A stretch of 64,000 bases of DNA from the IMG/VR virus record IMGVR_UViG_2657245113_000001, positions 123-64,122 of that record; one strand, written 5' to 3'. A program made the position numbers and the translations under genes. A model generated the notes under the pieces. It was not told where the DNA came from. It saw nothing but the letters and a program-made list of their open reading frames with translations, and did no database searches. The DNA is from a virus (taxonomy: Duplodnaviria; Caudoviricetes). Shown one piece after another: positions 60,190-64,000 of the stretch. Position 1 is the stretch's first letter; each line of letters opens with the position of its first letter.

Positions 60190-60686
60190 CTCTATCAGTG
60201 GCAACGCTGTTATTTGCACACTTAACGCAAGATGCATCACGGCATCTAAAGACTCCTTATACCTCAATTTCTGGCGCGTATTACACGCCGCTGGCTGCGC
60301 TCTGCTATGCCGCAAGGCATCTGCTAGCGCTGGCTTTGCTGCGTGTGGCTCGTGGCGTCACTTTTACGTGTGAAAGTGACGCCATAGCACACCCCCGCCT
60401 CAGCCGTTGAGATAAGCGACTTCACCAACGCGTCATGCATCTGACACCGCTTCAACACGTCAGATTGACCACTTCTACCGGAGTTTGAACCGATACCGAG
60501 GCAGGCCCACAGCCTGAGGGGATGACCTGCAATAGCAGGAGGCTGCACCGAGTGCATCACCTATACCCCGCAATACCTCAACGGCTGCCCGCTCTGGCGC
60601 ACAGGTATCGTTCAAGGCAGATAACCTGCCATTCCCCATGCGCCAGAGAAATGCAGCTCGTTGACATTGTTTGGGAGAAGTTCGCT

Positions 60687-61565
60687 ATGAGTAAGTTAAG
60701 CCGTGAGATGAAAATACTGGCTAAGCAAGCTGGGGGGAGCCATAAAACCGTTCATGACCGTATTCGAATTATGGACAGATTTAGCCGACATTTACTGGCC
60801 CTTAATATTCAGGTGCGTGATGTTAAACACCTAAAAGCAAAGCATGTTGAAAGTTATATTGCTGACCGTGTTTCACAGGGGATCGCCAGTCGTTCTCTTC
60901 ATAACGAAATGGCAGCATTGCGTACCGTTTTCCGATCCGCTGGCCGGGATAAAATCGTATTATCAGAACGCTTGACCAACAAAGCGTTGGGATTAGGGGG
61001 AGCCAGCCGCGCCGGCACCAAATTCGCCATCCCTGAGAAGGTCTATCAAACCGCCCTGCGCACCGCCCAACAGCAGGACAAAGGATTCGCCTGCGCCCTG
61101 CAACTGGCCCGCTTGCTGGGGTTGCGTTCACAAGAGGCGGTGCAATGTGCCAACTCACTGAAAACATGGCAAAAGGAGCTTGAGCAGAACCACACTACAT
61201 TAACCGTGGTGTTTGGCACCAAGGGAGGCCGCTCACGCGAAACCCGTATTTTGGATCGTGAAGCGGTGAAACTGGCCGTCAAAGAAGCACAACAGGTTGC
61301 AGAAACACGCGGCGGCAAACTCATTGATAAACCTGACCTGAAAACCGCCATGAATTTCTGGCGCTCCCATACCACCCGCCTGGGGCTAACCGGACACTAC
61401 TCCCCCCACAGTCTGCGCTATGCCTGGGCGCAAGAGGCCATCAGTTATTACCTCGCCGCTGGGTTTACCCGCATTGAAGCCAGAGCATTAACCTCAATGG
61501 ATCTGGGTCATGGTGATGGCCGTGGCCGCTATGTTGAACGCGTTTATACCCGCAAGGAGGCGTAA
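60687..61565 (+). CDS. Integrase-domain (tyrosine recombinase-like) protein
   Basis: GLRSQEA, GTKGGR.R, HSLRYAWA, LGHGDGR..Y. Confidence 0.85.
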   Translation: MSKLSREMKILAKQAGGSHKTVHDRIRIMDRFSRHLLALNIQVRDVKHLKAKHVESYIADRVSQGIASRSLHNEMAALRTVFRSAGRDKIVLSERLTNKALGLGGASRAGTKFAIPEKVYQTALRTAQQQDKGFACALQLARLLGLRSQEAVQCANSLKTWQKELEQNHTTLTVVFGTKGGRSRETRILDREAVKLAVKEAQQVAETRGGKLIDKPDLKTAMNFWRSHTTRLGLTGHYSPHSLRYAWAQEAISYYLAAGFTRIEARALTSMDLGHGDGRGRYVERVYTRKEA

Positions 61566-61567
61566 CT

Positions 61568-61768
61568 ATGTCTGATATTAATTTGATCCGCTTACCTGAA
61601 GTGATTGAGAAAATACGACTGAAGAAATCATCAATTTATCATTTGATTAGCCTCAACCAATTCCCCCGCCCAATAAAGTTAGGGCCACGTTCAGTTGCCT
61701 GGGTTGAAAGTGAAGTCGACGAATGGGTCATTATCAGACTCAACCAACGCGAGGAGGGTCGCGACTAA
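61568..61768 (+). CDS. alpA: AlpA-family regulator
   Basis: IRLPEV, FP.PIKLG.RSVAW.ESEV.EW. Confidence 0.9.
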   Translation: MSDINLIRLPEVIEKIRLKKSSIYHLISLNQFPRPIKLGPRSVAWVESEVDEWVIIRLNQREEGRD

Positions 61769-62307
61769 TGATTTTTTATTTTTTTCTGGCGGGCGCTTTG
61801 CAGTATAATCTCGGTGCTGCGGCAAAATCCGTAGCCGGAATTGGCGTTCCGAACCCTTTGACGGTATCCAAATACATACACAGAATGTACTTGGATAATG
61901 TTCGTGCACACCTGTTGTCTATGGTAGTCCGGGCAAGGCTTTCGAAAGGAAGACCGGGATCCGTTAGGGCCGGTACGCCAACCTTGTTCGGGCTACCACC
62001 CAATGGGCTTGGCGTCTCTGGGGATAGCTTAATAAATACCCTAACGGAGGCGGCCCAATGGCTACTACCCTTCACTGTCTGTACCCGCAATACGTTCGTA
62101 CCCATCCGGGGGTGCGCTATGCTTGACTCTCCCCCACTCACGCTTGAAGAAATTGTCGACCACTGTCGTGCACTGGTACGGGCAATGCTCGAAATTACCG
62201 ACCTGACAACCAAAGAACTGCTGCTGTTTATTCTGGCTGAACGGCTGGATTTGCTACAACTGATGCTGGATGAAGCACCGCATGCAGAGGAGGCTAACCA
62301 TGAGTAG
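61768..62307 (+). CDS. Ash-family protein
   Basis: AAAKS.AGIG.P, SMV.R....GRP.S..AG...; hosts C4-type RNA. Confidence 0.65.
   Translation: MIFYFFLAGALQYNLGAAAKSVAGIGVPNPLTVSKYIHRMYLDNVRAHLLSMVVRARLSKGRPGSVRAGTPTLFGLPPNGLGVSGDSLINTLTEAAQWLLPFTVCTRNTFVPIRGCAMLDSPPLTLEEIVDHCRALVRAMLEITDLTTKELLLFILAERLDLLQLMLDEAPHAEEANHE
61922..61999 (+). ncRNA. C4/CI-type antisense immunity RNA
   Basis: Cloverleaf GGTAGTCCGGGCAAGG/CCTTGTTCGGGCTACC with two inner hairpins; single-stranded ACGCCAA complements TTGGCGT at 61841 and 62009. Confidence 0.75.
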
Positions 62308-63259
62308 GTTTGTTTCCAACATCGTGCGTGCATCACAACACCACTGGGGCAGCATACTGTCGTCGTTAGCCATCCCGATACCCGGCATCAACAAACATGG
62401 CCCTTGCCCGGTCTGCGGAGGTAAAGACCGTTTCCGTTTTGATGATAAAAAAGGACGAGGGACGTGGTTCTGCAACTATTGCGGCCATGGCGATGGTCTG
62501 GATCTGGTCACTCTGGTACGACAATGTGATTTGATTCAGGCCGCCAGAGAAATCTCCCGTTTAACAGACTTAACCCCAACACCGCCCGCCAAAGAAAGAA
62601 CTGAACCGCTCCCACACACCGACATCATACAAAGAGTCACCGCCCTGCTGGCAACCTGTACACAGGGAACCAGTGATTACCTGTTGCATAAGAAACTGGC
62701 TTATCAGGGATTTTTAATGCCCGCCAACAGCGCTAAAAATATTGGCGGGGTGCATTTTAATGCGGGTAGCATGGTGCTGCCATTGGTAGATTTGAGCGAC
62801 AAAACTACCGGTGCGCTGTTAATCAACCCTAGGGGAGAAAAACGCTTACTGCCCGGCTCGCGGATTAAATCATCATTTATCCCCATCACCCATCATGCCC
62901 TGTCACAAACAATCATCATTACTGAAGGTTTTGCCACCAGTCTGGTCATATCACGATTTGTTGCCGCCACGGTGGTGGCCGCTATCTCGGCCATTAATCT
63001 GACCCATGTTGCCGTGGCATTGCGTGGACGTTATCCCGATGCGCAGATTATTCTCGCGGCGGATAACGACGTAACAGACTCTGACCACAATCCCGGCAAG
63101 CAACTGGCGGAACTCGCCGCACTCGCAGTCAATGGGCTGGTGACCCTGCCCCCCACCGGCGATAAGGCTGACTGGGATGATTATCGCCAACAGGTCGGAA
63201 CGGACACCGCCCGTATCGAGTTTTTCCGCCAACTCTACAATCCCAAGGAATGGATATGA
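62300..63259 (+). CDS. P4-like primase (Zn finger + TOPRIM)
   Basis: HGPCPVCGGKDRFRFDD, EGFAT, AADND, DWDD. Confidence 0.92.
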   Translation: MSRFVSNIVRASQHHWGSILSSLAIPIPGINKHGPCPVCGGKDRFRFDDKKGRGTWFCNYCGHGDGLDLVTLVRQCDLIQAAREISRLTDLTPTPPAKERTEPLPHTDIIQRVTALLATCTQGTSDYLLHKKLAYQGFLMPANSAKNIGGVHFNAGSMVLPLVDLSDKTTGALLINPRGEKRLLPGSRIKSSFIPITHHALSQTIIITEGFATSLVISRFVAATVVAAISAINLTHVAVALRGRYPDAQIILAADNDVTDSDHNPGKQLAELAALAVNGLVTLPPTGDKADWDDYRQQVGTDTARIEFFRQLYNPKEWI

Positions 63260-64000
63260 AAATGCCGCTCACTTTGATTGACAATGAACCGGTGCAATTT
63301 GCTACCAACCTGCCATTGCGCAAAGGTTCCGACGGTTATAACACCCCGCAGGATTACAATATCAAGGGCCATTTGCCGAGCAATACGCTGGCCAGTATTT
63401 ATGGCCCCAGCGGCTCATATAAATCCTTTCTGGCTGTCTTATGGGCCTGCCATATCGCCACCGGTAAGCCGTGGGCCTCGCGGCGTGTGACGCAAGGCTC
63501 GGTGGTCTATATCGTTGGCGAAGGCGGCATTGGCGTACCACGCCGTATCCGTGCATGGGAAATGGAGTTTAACGGTGGTACACCGATTGAATCGCTATAC
63601 CGCATTGACTGCCCGGTCTTTCCCGCCAGCCCGGAGAGCGTCGAACAGGTGATTAAAGCCGCTCAGGACGTCACCGCACAAACCGGCTCACCGGTGCGCC
63701 TGATTGTGCTGGATACGCTGGCTCGCTGCTTTGGTGGCTCCGACGAGAACGCCGCCAAAGATATGGGTGCGTTTATTCAGGGCTGCGATTTTATCAAGGC
63801 AGAAACCGGCGCGACGGTGCTGGTAATCCATCATTCGGGCAAAGATTTGGATAAAGGCGCGCGCGGCTCCAGCGCCTTTCGTGCGGCGTTAGATGTCGAA
63901 TTCAATGTGCGTCGTGAGGGCGAAGGCGGCGCACTGGTGCTGAGTTGCACCAAAATGAAAGATTCAGAAGAACCCAGCACACGGGCCTATGACCTCTCGC
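63256..64000 (+). CDS. RepA/AAA_25-type helicase, 3' part outside window
   Basis: Manual translation: IYGPSGSYKS, GEGG, LIVLDTLAR, HHSGK, RGSS. Confidence 0.88.
   Translation, partial: MKMPLTLIDNEPVQFATNLPLRKGSDGYNTPQDYNIKGHLPSNTLASIYGPSGSYKSFLAVLWACHIATGKPWASRRVTQGSVVYIVGEGGIGVPRRIRAWEMEFNGGTPIESLYRIDCPVFPASPESVEQVIKAAQDVTAQTGSPVRLIVLDTLARCFGGSDENAAKDMGAFIQGCDFIKAETGATVLVIHHSGKDLDKGARGSSAFRAALDVEFNVRREGEGGALVLSCTKMKDSEEPSTRAYDLS

Larger units (their letters stand above)
53742..64000. mobile_element. Second ssrA-type P4-like satellite island, continues beyond window
   Basis: Integrase, AlpA, Ash/C4, primase, helicase. Confidence 0.85.

Overview
Enterobacterial (probably Yersinia, from the IS1541-like IS200 element) chromosomal region holding three mobile elements stacked in tandem at the 3' end of the tmRNA gene (ssrA). 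(1) 1-34735 is most of an SfV-like temperate myovirus prophage: Mu-like contractile tail and baseplate, HK97-fold head, terminase/HNH, lysis, Q, replication, cI/cro, early-left genes, xis/int. It ends in an ssrA 3'-end copy (attR); the left end lies outside the window. (2) About 34736-53741 is an integrative mobilizable island: P4-type integrase, C5 methyltransferase + ABC-ATPase/TOPRIM pair, a lone PilV-type adhesin, MOBQ relaxase/oriT, an ASK1-like NDT-TPR protein + TIR operon, lipoproteins, IS200, a RepL-like replicon with iterons, a transposase-less cassette bounded by 80-bp inverted repeats, and AlpA. (3) About 53742 to beyond 64000 is a second P4-like satellite island: integrase, HicAB, DUF3644, orphan antitoxin, second recombinase, AlpA, Ash with C4-type RNA, primase, helicase. 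The most interesting signals are the IR-bounded cassette with a 9-bp target duplication, two candidate anti-phage operons, a pseudoknotted RNA motif present twice in the prophage, a PAPS-reductase-like/adenine-methylase fusion, and an orphan pilus adhesin on a mobilizable island. Family assignments come from motif recognition only; no database search was run.
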